Assembly (NCBI GenBank): GCA_951406725.2
Contig: OX597823.1
Span: 47,554,001 to 47,618,000, forward strand
Length of the DNA: 64,000 bases
Source of the DNA: Octopus vulgaris
Taxonomy: Eukaryota
Direction: 5' to 3'
Positions 1 to 10,631 of this stretch are shown one piece after another; position 1 is the stretch's first letter, and each line of letters starts with the position of its first letter. The notes below the pieces were generated by a model. That model worked only from the letters and a program-made list of their open reading frames with translations, had not been told where the DNA came from and made no database searches. Made by a program: the position numbers and the translations under genes.

Positions 1-27
1 ACACACACACACACACATATATATGAC

Positions 28-185
28 AGTCTTCTTTCAGTTTCTGTCTACCAAATCTACTCACCAGGTTTGGTTAGCCTGAGGCAATTTTAGAAAAATT
101 TTGCCCAAGGTACCACGTGGTGGAATTGAACCCTGGAACCATGTGGTTGGGAAGTAAGCTTCTTACTACACAGCCATGCCTACAC
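28..185 (-). mobile_element. SINE family A (tRNA-like head + CORE-like segment), 5' half, reverse orientation
   Basis: Reverse complement matches the head of the + copies at 424 and 4853 (ggctgtgtagtaagaagctt...ggttccagggttcaattcc...ccttgggcaa...gtagacagaaactgaaagaag), with Pol III A/B-box-like motifs. Confidence 0.8.
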
Positions 186-257
186 CTATTTATAAAAATC
201 CCTTTATAATTATGTGTATAAAAAAATATAATCCTTACATAAAGCTTAGAACATAAT

Positions 258-355
258 CTTTTTATCTTTTCACTTGTTTTAGTCATTAGACTGAGGCCAT
301 GCTGGGGCACCAACTGAATCAATCCCAGCATTTATTTTTAAACCTGACACTTATT
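258..355 (-). mobile_element. SINE family A 3' tail fragment
   Basis: Reverse complement matches the tail (gtgccccagcatggcc...aatgactaaaacaag) seen at 1000-1045 and 5205-5260. Confidence 0.65.
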
Positions 356-423
356 CTCACAACTTGGATTCCACTGACTTCATCAATTTCCAATTTACAA
401 CACTAGTGATAGTAGACACTACT

Positions 424-1045
424 GCAGGTGCTGGCATAGTTGTGTGGCTAGAAGCTTGCTTCACTACCACATTGTTCCATGTTCAATCCCACTGCATGTC
501 ACCTTGGGCAAGTGTCTTCTACTATAGCCTCAGGGCAAAGAGTAGATTTGGTAGACAGAAACTGAAAAGTGGCGAGCTGGCAGAAACGTTAGCACACCGG
601 ATGAAATGCTCAGCAGTATTTCGTCAGCCGCTACGTTCTGAGTTCAAATTTCGCCGAGGTCGACTTTGCCTTTCATCCTTTCGGGGTCGATTAAATAAGT
701 ACCAGTTACGCACTGGAGTCAATATAATCAACTTAATCCATTTGTCTGTCCTTGTTTGTCCCCTCTGTGTGTAGCCCCTTGTGGACAGTAAAGAAATAAG
801 AAACTGAAAGAAGCTCATCATATGTGTGAGTGTTTGTGTGTATCTGTGTTTGTCCCCCACCACTGCTTGACAACCAGTGTTGGTGTGTTTATGTCCCCAT
901 AACTTAGCAGTTCAGCAACGGTGACCAATAGAATGAGTACCTGGCTCAAAAGAAAATAAGTACTGAGCTCGATTCACTCAACTAAAAACCCTTCAAGGTG
1001 GTGCCCCAGTATGGCCACAGCCTAATCACCGAAACAAATAAAAAG
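424..1045 (+). mobile_element. Full-length SINE family A, interrupted by a nested Meta-domain SINE (568-798)
   Basis: Colinear with the copy at 4853-5260 once 568-809 is removed; has an internal (TG)n and the tail ...ggtgccccagtatggccacag...gaaacaaataaaaag. Confidence 0.85.
568..798 (+). mobile_element. Meta-domain-like SINE (family B) with 11-bp TSD
   Basis: Contains gaggtcgactttgcctttcatcctttcggggtcgattaaataagtacc (Meta/Sauria-type central domain); flanked by agaaactgaaa at 557-567 and 799-809; near-identical copy at 5385-5617. Confidence 0.85.
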
Positions 1046-1571
1046 CATAGCAGCTTGCTATATTTTATTTTATCATTGGCCACTCATCTACTTGCCCTAA
1101 TAATCAATAGTCTACAATAATTGTATCTGCGTTTGTCTTACCTACAGCCAACTTCTACCTGTTGGTGTATTGACTGTCTTGCCGTTGTAGCACTTGTTAA
1201 TTCATCTAGTAAGACTAATCATATAGCCCTGTGCTGTGAATGACCTGCCAGGTATAGGTCAACAACTTGTGTTTAATAAGTACAAATCAATATCTCTGCT
1301 AGTTGGTTGCATAGCTGTGTGCTGGCTGATTGTGAGACATTGATCTGTGTGACTTGAAATGGATCCATGACCTACATACGTATGCATAGGTAGACTTAAG
1401 CACACACACATACACACACACACACACACAAGCACGTACATGCTATATGCCACAGACTTTTATGTATACATGTATTTAAGTACATTTCTCAGTGTGTGTG
1501 TGTGTGCGTGTGCATGTATGATTTTATATATGTATATGTATGTATGTATGTATACACACACATGTTCACTT

Positions 1572-1609
<38 letters not shown>

Positions 1610-1715
1610 CATACATACCCACATACACACACTTATACCATATACTCACATCAGACTGTTAGACTTTCAGTTGATGTTAGGACTGTGTGTGTGTCTGTCT
1701 GTCTGTCTGTCTGTC

Positions 1716-1961
1716 CATAGTTGGTTCCATATATGGCTTCCACAGGGCAAGTTGGTGCATGACCTCTATCTTCTGAGTACTGATTGTGAGGCCGAAGTCT
1801 TCACAGAAAGCAGTTCATATTCTGCTCTGTCTGAGCCTGTGTGGCAAGCATTGAGTGCACAGTTGTCTGCAAACAGTGCCCTCTCTCCACTTTGATTTTG
1901 GTTAATAGCCTCCAGTAGTTGAAAAGTCTGCGTCAGTCTTGAATCTTATCTTCATGCTGTC
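1716..1961 (-). pseudogene. RTE/BovB-clade LINE reverse transcriptase fragment (frameshifted)
   Basis: Minus-strand translation gives LFADNCALNA...(frameshift)...EDFGLTISTQKIEVMHQLALWKPYMEPT, matching the RTE motif LFADDCAL...FGLTISTKKTEVMHQPAPGKPY.EP. Confidence 0.85.
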
Positions 1962-2354
1962 TACACCCACACCCACACACACACATTGACATCAAACTGT
2001 TGAGTTGTCAGGTATTGTCTAAGTCCCATAGACAATGCCTTCACTGTACATGTTCATGGGTGCACACACACACACTGTGGCATACACAAATATGTTAGGC
2101 TTCTCCATGTAGTTGCTCCCTGAAAGCGCAGGTCAACCCCAGACAAAAGACAAAAACCACTTGCTCAAGGTGCCATGCAAAAAGCATAACCCCAAAATCA
2201 CAAGATCACAAAGCAAACATCTTAATCATCACTCTGTGTGTGTATGTGTGCGTATGAGTGTGAGCAGATAAGAAATAAACGAAGATGATGATGATGTTCT
2301 AGTTTTATTCGGTTTATTATAACTTCTCCCCTTGGTATCATAGTCCACCCGGCC

Positions 2355-2845
2355 ATATAGGCCAGGCATAGCTGTGTGGCCTGAAAAGGCAACAGAAAGA
2401 ATCTCATTAAGCTTACAGTCCTGTAGGAAGAAGGGTGTGATCAAGCCTTTGAATGCTAAGTACCAGAACCTTCTGTGGGACTGCAGGGAGAATGGATGGC
2501 AGGCATGGCTATTTTCAGTCAAGGTGGTTATAGAGGATTCCCTGCCCAGTCAGTATGGAGAATCCTTGTAGATGTTGGGATAAGAAGAGGAAAGAGAAAG
2601 GATGAGAGAGGCAGCAGAAAAAGTCTGTTGCTGGTTATGGATGGAGCAAGAGGGAAGAAGTTAAGCTGGGAGTGAGGAGGAAATGATGAGCAGTGATTTG
2701 GCCACCATTGCTGACCCACCTGTTGGAAGGTTTTTACAGGTTGGAGTAAAAACATTGAATGGTCATTAGACACCTTCTAATAACATTGATTGCTCCTAGT
2801 CAAAGTGGATGACTTGTTGCAGGAGATGGAGTTTATATGAACGTT
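2355..2845 (+). pseudogene. 3' end of an R2-group (Hero-like) non-LTR retrotransposon: restriction-like endonuclease domain plus 3' UTR
   Basis: Across frameshifts it reads RPGIAVWPEK / IKLTVL*EE / AKYQNLLWDCRENGWQAWLFSVKV / GYRGFPAQSVWRIL / AAEK..CWLW, matching RPD..W / IELTVPWEE / KY..L...C...GW....PVEVG.RGF / AAE.AS.WLW. The 3' boundary is approximate. Confidence 0.8.
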
Positions 2846-3349
2846 TGTTAATTTTTTCTGACTCATGCAATCAATTTTGAGCGCATGCTGTTTTGCATAC
2901 TGACTTTACGTACCAGGTAATATCACAGGGTCTTAGTGTGGGTGTTTGATGGCATTGGGAGGTCTTGTGCAGCTACATGACATGACCTGACAGCCTATAT
3001 GTTTGTATATGCATACGGTTGTAGAGGCATGTGTGTGTACTTCTACATCAGCAAGTGCTACTAATCGTACAAGTGTATTTGCATTTGGGCCTATTTTTGT
3101 TTGAGTACATGAGTGTGTGCATGGTAATATGTAACCGACAGCTGAACTCCGTCTTTGTCTTGGAGCTCTTTTGAACCTAACCTTTGCCATCTCTATCAAA
3201 TAGTATTTGTTCCGGTTAAATACCATAATGTTGTCAGTAGTCATTTTCTTACATTTTTTTCTAAACTTTCACCTTTGACTTCTTGTGGTTGGGCTTTTCA
3301 TGGTGTTACTTTTACTGTCATTGTTACAGGTTTGTAGGTATATTTATTA

Positions 3350-3680
3350 GTGGCATTCATCCGTTTTTATGTTCTAAGTCCAAATTCCACAGAGGTTGAC
3401 TTTACCTTTCATCCTTTCGGGTTCAATATAATAAGTACCCGTTAAGCACTGGGGTCAATGTAATTGATTTACCACTTGCCCTGAAATTCCTGCCCTTATG
3501 CCAAAACTTGAAAGCAGTATTACTATTATTATTGGTATTATATTAGGCAGTGAGCCAGACAAAAGAGTTAGCAACATTTCCTGGTCACTCTTTACATTCT
3601 GAATTCAAATGCTGCCAAGTTCATCTTTGCCTTCCATCTTTTCAAAGTCGATAAAATAAGTACCAGTCAAGTATTGGTAA
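3350..3680 (+). mobile_element. Two tandem older Meta-domain SINE copies (~3350-3525 and ~3545-3680)
   Basis: Both carry the ctttcatcctttc...aataagtacc segment and the tRNA-like ttctgagttcaaat box. Confidence 0.7.
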
Positions 3681-3759
3681 AACAAAAGGTACCTGTTTGA
3701 GTCATATGGACACAGAAGGACCGGTTTTCCTAGTTTCATGGCATGTATATTCCCCACCT

Positions 3760-3935
3760 GGACAGGACGCCAGTCTGTCTCAGGATGACTCATTTTTGCC
3801 AGCTGAGTGGATTGAAGCAACGGGAAATGAAGTGTTTTGCTCAAGAACACAATGGGTCGCCCAGCCTGGGAATCAAAACCACAATCTTATGATCATGAGT
3901 TCGTCACCCTAACCACTAAGCCATTCATCTCCACT
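3760..3935 (-). mobile_element. tRNA/CORE-type SINE (family E)
   Basis: tgaagtgttttgctcaagaacacaa...gggaatcaaaaccac...ccctaaccactaagcc; the same block occurs at 21300-21410 and 52120-52228. Confidence 0.75.
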
Positions 3936-4661
3936 TGTTTAGACTTCTCTCAAAATTGTGCCAAAATTAGATAGAATTTAGCACACTGTTTTACTATTTT
4001 ATTTTATTGATATTCTTGTTATTTGTTACTTTGTCCTTTTTGTTGATACTGTGTTGATTGGAGGCCATTTCTTCCTCGCTTCATCCTCCTTACCATATAT
4101 GCATATGTGTGCATGCACAACTGTGTGTCAGCGCAAACAGGTCTATTGGAGTGGTGTTGGGACAGGCATAGCCTTGATAGCCTTCCTATTGCCACCTCAG
4201 AGGAGGTAGAGGGAGAGTAGGAGAGAAGCTGATGGGTAGAGAGACAATAAATAATATATCACTGAAGGAATTAAAGCATATGATACTTGAAAATTTATTT
4301 GAAAAACAAGGAAAATGGTGTACTAAAAATGAGAATTATAAGTTGAAAAGTTATTTAATCAGTTTGACATGTAAAACAATAGCAGGCTTTATAAATGTGG
4401 ATTGACATTGATAAAAAAAACCATGTTTGTATCGAATGTAAACAGAAATATGTTTCCTATTTGGTAAAATAAGAACAAATTAAGACATACTTGGGAATAT
4501 TATATGAATGTAAGTCCGTGTAATTATAGACACACATGCACACAAAAGTATATAAACATACATGCATACACAAATGCATTTAAATAAATACACACGTATA
4601 CATTTGCAGATATGCATGTCTCTGTACAATCACTCTATCTCTCTCTTACATACACATACAC

Positions 4662-4706
<45 letters not shown>

Positions 4707-4852
4707 TATTTAAGGTAAGGAAAATCTTTTGCTTTGGAAAATTAGTATTCATCTCAACATTTTGTGTAAATACAAAGAAATTTGATAAAAGTTAAATAAG
4801 AATTCTTGTATGTATAACATATTTCCTGCTATTACTTATGATCACAAAAGTA

Positions 4853-5013
4853 CGTGGCTATGTAGTAAGAAGCTTGCTTCCCAACCACATGGTTCCAGGT
4901 TCAGTCCCACTGCGTGACAACTTGGACAAGTGTCTTTTACTATAACCTCTGGCCGACAAAAACCTTGTGAATGGATTTGGTAGACTGAAACTGAAAGAAG
5001 CCCATTCTGTGTG

Positions 5014-5046
<33 letters not shown>

Positions 5047-5260
5047 TTGAGTCTGTGTTTGTCACCCATCACTGCTTGACAACTGGTGTTGGCGTGTTTA
5101 CATACATATAGCATAGCAGTTCGACAAAAGTGACCGGTGGAATAAGAACTCGGCTTAAAAAATAAGTCCTGGGGCTGATTTGTTGGACTAAATGCCTTCT
5201 AAGCAGTGCTCCAGCATGTCTTCAGTCAAATGACTGAAACAAGTAAAAGCATAAAAGAAA
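4853..5260 (+). mobile_element. Full-length SINE family A
   Basis: Head, CORE-like segment, internal (TA)n(TG)n and A-rich tail aagtaaaagcataaaag; colinear with 424-1045. Confidence 0.85.
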
Positions 5261-5384
5261 AGAATATAATATTATATTAATAAATATGATTTATATTCAT
5301 GTATATTTTCTATGTTGGTATATATGTGTGTGTGCATTTGCATGCACACACACACACCTGTTATGCACGGAGAAACCTGTTCAT

Positions 5385-5617
5385 CAGGCAGCGAGTTGGC
5401 TGAAACATTAGCACGCCCGGCGAAATGCTTAGCAGTATTTCGTCTGCCGCTACATTCTGAGTTCAAATTCCACTAAGGTCGACTTTGCCTTTCATCCTTT
5501 CGGCGTCGATAAATTAAGTACCTGCTACGCACTGGGGTTGATGTAATCGACTTAGTCTGTTTGTCTGTCCTTGTTTGTCCCTCTCTATGTTTAGCCCCTT
5601 GTGGACAATAAAGAAAT
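5385..5617 (+). mobile_element. Meta-domain-like SINE (family B) with 15-bp TSD
   Basis: Colinear with 568-798; flanked by gagaaacctgttcat (5370-5384) and gagaaacatgttcat (5618-5632). Confidence 0.85.
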
Positions 5618-5752
5618 GAGAAACATGTTCATACAGGGATCACAAATATACATGTGTATGGCTGTACACATGTATTTTATTTACCCAAAGTCAGGAACTT
5701 TCTGGCACCCACCTCATGTATATGTATATATAAATATATATGTGGGTGTGTG

Positions 5753-5980
5753 TACGAGGGTGTGCTGAAAGGTTCCTGGCTTTGGGTAAAAGGAAATAAT
5801 ACAGGAGGATCAGTTAATTATGATTTTATTCAACATATTTCCCTCTCAGATTCACACACTTATTGCAGCAGCCCTTCAGTTTCTCTAAGCCCTGTAAAAG
5901 AACTTGGAAGATTAGGCCAGCCTCCAGCCAGGCCTTTCACAATACTCTTAAAGCTAGGAATTTTCCAGCACCCTCTTGTG
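5753..5980. mobile_element. Non-autonomous mariner-type MITE (~225 bp); an extra solo TIR lies at 5687-5720
   Basis: Left end ta-cgagggtgtgctgaaaggttcctggcttt and right end aaagctaggaattttccagcaccctcttg-tg are imperfect ~30-bp inverted repeats with a TA target site. Confidence 0.75.
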
Positions 5981-6916
5981 TTTGTGTGTGTGTGTGTGTT
6001 TATAGTATGTATATATTTGAATTTATTTTGTATATGTGTGTGTGTGTGTGTACACATACACACACCTGTTACGCACACAGAAATGTACATATAAGGATCA
6101 CAAATATATATGTGTAAAGGTGTGTGCATGTGTGCTAAAATGCATGTATTTGTGTACACACACTTATGTATGTGTGATCTTCATATGTGCATGTATTTTA
6201 TACATACATGTACACTATATATATACCTTCACTCAATATTTCCCATGCTGATTGCAAATATGTCTGCTTGTGCTGCACACGTGTTTTTTTCCTATATTAA
6301 TAGAAAATTTATGACTAGCATAGACACATAAACGCTTGCACACCCACACATGTTCTTGTCCTCACACACACACACACACACACACACATAAAGTGTGTTG
6401 TCTGTGTGAATTGAGGACATGTTTAATTGATCACTGTAAAAGACATGCATTGGCACACATTCGTTTCGGATCTTTATTGACTTTTGAACAGCTTTGTATC
6501 AAACACAACATGCAAGTTACCTCGTAAAATTCCACAATATTTTATACACACCCAGATCTGAACTGGGTTTTTTTCTTTGTTGTTGTTGATTTTTCTTTTT
6601 TTTCTTTTTTCTTTTAAACTTTTTCTCTCTCCTCCCTCCCTTTCTCTCTGTAAACCACATGATATTAAATGCTTGAAATATTTGGAGTTTTTTCTTGATT
6701 TTTTTTTTTTTTTTTGGTTTCTTTTTAGTTGTCCTCGTTCATTTTCTTTCTGTTTTTGTTCGTTTCCACTATCGCTAGATATTTTTTTTGCAAAAAAAGA
6801 TAATAATAATAATAATAATAATTTTGGTTTTTGGTTTTTTTCATACATTATCGTTCTCTTGTAATAATTAAAAATGAACTTTGTGTAACAGTACTTACAT
6901 CAGATCACATATCTTC

Positions 6917-7005
6917 ATTATTATTATTATTGTTCTTATCATCATCATCATCATCATCATTATTATTATTATCATTATTATTATTATTATTATTATCATT
7001 ATTAT
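6917..7005. repeat. Compound (ATT)n/(ATC)n microsatellite
   Basis: Directly visible. Confidence 0.95.
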
Positions 7006-7329
7006 TCAACCCACTCCAACATACTCTTACTGTAAAGATTAGTTCTCGTTTTAATAATTTTTCTGTAAGGAATTTCTATTCATTTCAATTCGGAATATTT
7101 CACATGATGGTTTATTTTGTTTGTTTTTTTCTTTCTTTCTTTTTTATGTTTTGAAATTTTGAATTTTTTCTTTTTTTTTTTCTCTCTCTTTCTGTAAAAT
7201 TGTGTTTAGACGTGCTATTTCAAGAATGTCGCTTACTGCGATATATATACACGCATAAGCCATCACCATCTGCAGAGCGTCCTACTTGTGCCATCACACA
7301 CACACATTCTCTCGCTCTCTCTGCATCCT

Positions 7330-7730
7330 TATATATATATATATGTATATATGGATATATATATATATATATATATATACAGATATATATATATATATAT
7401 ATATATAGATATATATATATATATATGCATATGTATATATGTATGTGGATGTATATGGATGTGTATGTATGTATGTGTGTATGCATGTGTGTGTATATAT
7501 AAATATGTATGTATATATATGTACATCTTTATGTATATGTATATATGTGTGTGTATATGTGTATGTATACATATATGTGAGTGTATATAGATATATATGC
7601 ATATGTGTGTATATATACACACACAAACACATATACATATGTGTGTTTGTGTAGCCATTCCTTTTCTCTTTCATGATATGTGTGTGCACACACACACACA
7701 CATGCAGATATATAAATATATATATATATA
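7330..7730. repeat. Degenerate (TA)n/(TG)n microsatellite array
   Basis: Directly visible; explains the overlapping YI/CV-repeat ORFs. Confidence 0.95.
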
Positions 7731-8469
7731 GTGGATCTCTGTTTAACCAACTTCGTTCCCTCTTCCTGAATTTACATACATATATCTGAGTATTTCACAG
7801 ACAAATCTTACCTTAACCTTACACTCCAAGAGAATCAGTATCACAAGTGTGAGAGCAATGAAGCTTTACCCAACAGGTTTCCATACATTTCCCCCTAATG
7901 AGTTTCACTCACAAAATATTGGGCAATCCATAACTATAGCAGCAGTCTTCTGTCCAAAAATGCCACTCTGTGGAATTGAACCTGAAACCATAGTTTGGGA
8001 AGCAAGCATTTACCTTCTCTTCACATTTTTTTTGCTATTTTCTTTAAGATTTAAGATAGCATGGTGTAATTTTATGAGGATTTGGTTGCTATTTCTAGCA
8101 GTTTAAATGACTTCATATAGGCTACTTCATGGAGACTAAAGATAGGGCATGTGAGTGTTTGTGTGTCTGTGTCTGTGTGTTTCAACTATCTCCAGCTCCC
8201 ATAAATTGTATGTAGTCAAACTGCTAGAAAGAGCAGCTAAATCATCATTAATGCAATGGCATGATGTCATTGATAAAAAAATTACATTAGTGTAAATGCA
8301 ATGTTATTACCGGTTCAAAATGCCAGTGGCATGTTCGAACTCATAAGCAACCCATTCACTGTGTTTTCATGCATACACATAATCCATAAGCAAATTTAGA
8401 AGTTGATATATGTGTATATATGTGTATCTGAATATGTATAGGTTTGTGTATGTGAATATATTTATATAT

Positions 8470-8698
8470 CTAGATAAATAGATAGATAGATAGACAGACA
8501 GACAGATTGATAGATAGATAGATAGATAGATAGACAGGTAGAAAGACAGATAGATAGGTATATAGATAGATAGATGGACAGGTAGGTAGATAGGTAGGTA
8601 GGTATATAGATAGATAGATTGGTAGACAGATAGACAGACACATAGATAGATACATACATACATACATACATACATACATACATACATACACACACACA
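8470..8698. repeat. Compound tetranucleotide array (GATA/GACA/GGTA/CATA)
   Basis: Directly visible. Confidence 0.95.
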
Positions 8699-9209
8699 TG
8701 GCATACTCGAACTATTAAAAGGTTTACATCAGAAATGCAATGTTCCTGTTTCAATCTTGCTCTATGGCATCTTGAGCAAGAGTTATTTTCTCCTACCTGA
8801 AGTGAACCCCTATGTAGTTATAGAAGTTACTTGGATGAAGATTGCGCAGAATGTCCATCGAATGGATTGTACCTTTTTGTTATTAACAAAGAAGTACTGG
8901 GGTTGATTTGTTCAATTAAGACCCTTCAAGGCAGTACCCTGCCCCCTTCCCACAACATGCCCACAGTCCAATGACTAAAACAAGCTGAAGAATAAAGATT
9001 ATACACATACACACACATGCACGCACACACACATAACCTTAGTATTTGCTATCTGCCTTGATCTACCTATACATATCCCCTGTCTGTCTCAATCTGATAT
9101 TACATCTCCTAAATCTAGTGTTTCTACTCCTGTATAAGTTTACACTTCAACCTATATTTGACCATAAACTGCAGCTATTTACCCCTTGTGCATGTCTGTG
9201 TGTGCGCGC

Positions 9210-9248
<39 letters not shown>

Positions 9249-9315
9249 AATTTTTTGTGTAATATATGTATGTATTTATATATATATATATAGATAGATA
9301 GATACACATATATGT

Positions 9316-9467
9316 CCACTCTGCTGGGTGGTTGGTGTTAGGAATGGCAGCCAACCATAAAAACCTTGCCAAAACAGACACAGAAGTCTGGTGCAGGTTC
9401 CTGCCGGGCCAGCTCCTATCAAACCGTCCAACCCATTCTAGCATTGAAGGCGGACGTCAAACGATGA
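9316..9467 (+). mobile_element. SINE family C 3' part ending in (GAT)n
   Basis: ggttggtgttaggaatggcagccaacc...aaaccgtccaacccattctagcattgaaggcggacgtcaaacgatgat; related tails at 48790-48905 (+) and 56070-56280 (-). Confidence 0.7.
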
Positions 9468-9470
9468 TTT

Positions 9471-9504
<34 letters not shown>

Positions 9505-9839
9505 TACACATACACACATTCCTCTGTTATCTCTTCCATTATATCTTTACTACATTTTGTCAACGCCACCACACATACCAACTGCATGTAATTGTCTTTA
9601 ACCTCTAAACTCCTCTTGTTCCCATTGGAGAGGCATGTCGAAAGCTACACAACACAATGATCAACTGATTGAAATACATAGGATCTATTACTAATACCTT
9701 TTTTTTTTTTTTATTTTGCATTGGAATCATATGTCAGTTAGACAAGGGTTTTGCTGATTTTAATATACTTCATTTTCGCCTGTATTGTATGGTTTACACA
9801 GCTATTGACTTCAGAGTAAATATATACATATATAAGATA

Positions 9840-10290
9840 GGCAGAAGGGTGGCTGTGTTGGAGGAAGTTTTCTTTTCAAGCACATGGTTCCAGGATCAGT
9901 CCCTTTGTGTGGCAACTTGGGCAAGTGTTTTCTGTTATAGCCTCAGGTTTTGATTGATGGAAACGGAGAAAAGCCTGTCATGTACTCACTCATGCGCACA
10001 AGCACACACACACACACACAAACACACATATAGGCAAATTGAAAATAAAAATAAAAACATGAGTCAAAAGACATACATAGGGAATGTATTAGATTGAAGC
10101 TCAATTTAACATGAAAAGAAGTGGGCGGGGTGATGTTTTGAGCATGGCTCAGCTCTTTGTTGGAAAGAAGAAAAATCTGAAGCAAGGAAAAAGTATATAT
10201 ATATATAGTGGGAGGGTCTTTATCCACCACCACCACCACCAGCATTTGACAACCAGTGTTGGTGTGTTTACCTCCCCATAACTTAGTAGC
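9840..10290 (+). mobile_element. Degenerate SINE family A with expanded internal region
   Basis: Head at 9840-9980 and the post-microsatellite block (ttgacaaccagtgttggtgtgtttac...cataacttag) at 10245-10290. Confidence 0.7.
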
Positions 10291-10567
10291 CTTGTGGATA
10301 AGAAAGAGTGTCATTATTCTAAGTTTAGGAAGAAAAAATTTCATTTCAAATACAATCTGGTACAGTGAACACTTTCCAGATCATGACACTTGTTACAATA
10401 AGATATGCACCCAGCCAAAGCAGTATAGATGTAAATATCTAGGAAAATGTTGCATTTCTAAAGATGGAATGAGTATGAAAAATTATTGTTAGTTCTTAAA
10501 AATAGTTAAGAAATTCTGTTATTATGATGTAATTTACAATTTCGTTGCTATGAATGCTTTAATATTT

Positions 10568-10595
10568 TCATTTTTTTTTTCTTTTCTATTTGCAG
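10568..10595 (+). promoter_or_regulatory. 3' splice acceptor of the coding exon
   Basis: Polypyrimidine tract ttttttttttcttttctatttgcag ends at 10595, 36 nt before the ATG. An in-frame TAA lies between acceptor and ATG, so upstream exon(s) are 5' UTR. Confidence 0.75.
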
Positions 10596-10631
10596 GCATT
10601 GACTGTGATAAACATCTAACTGTGATACAGA

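Noticed and set aside
364-863. 136-aa and 79-aa ORFs
   Set aside because: Both lie almost entirely within nested SINEs.
7200-7750. Many 60-155 aa ORFs rich in YI/CV/HT repeats (also near 8.4, 29.6, 31.5, 37.2, 52.7 and 54.7 kb)
   Set aside because: They are translations of TA/TG microsatellites that lack stop codons; no protein-like content.
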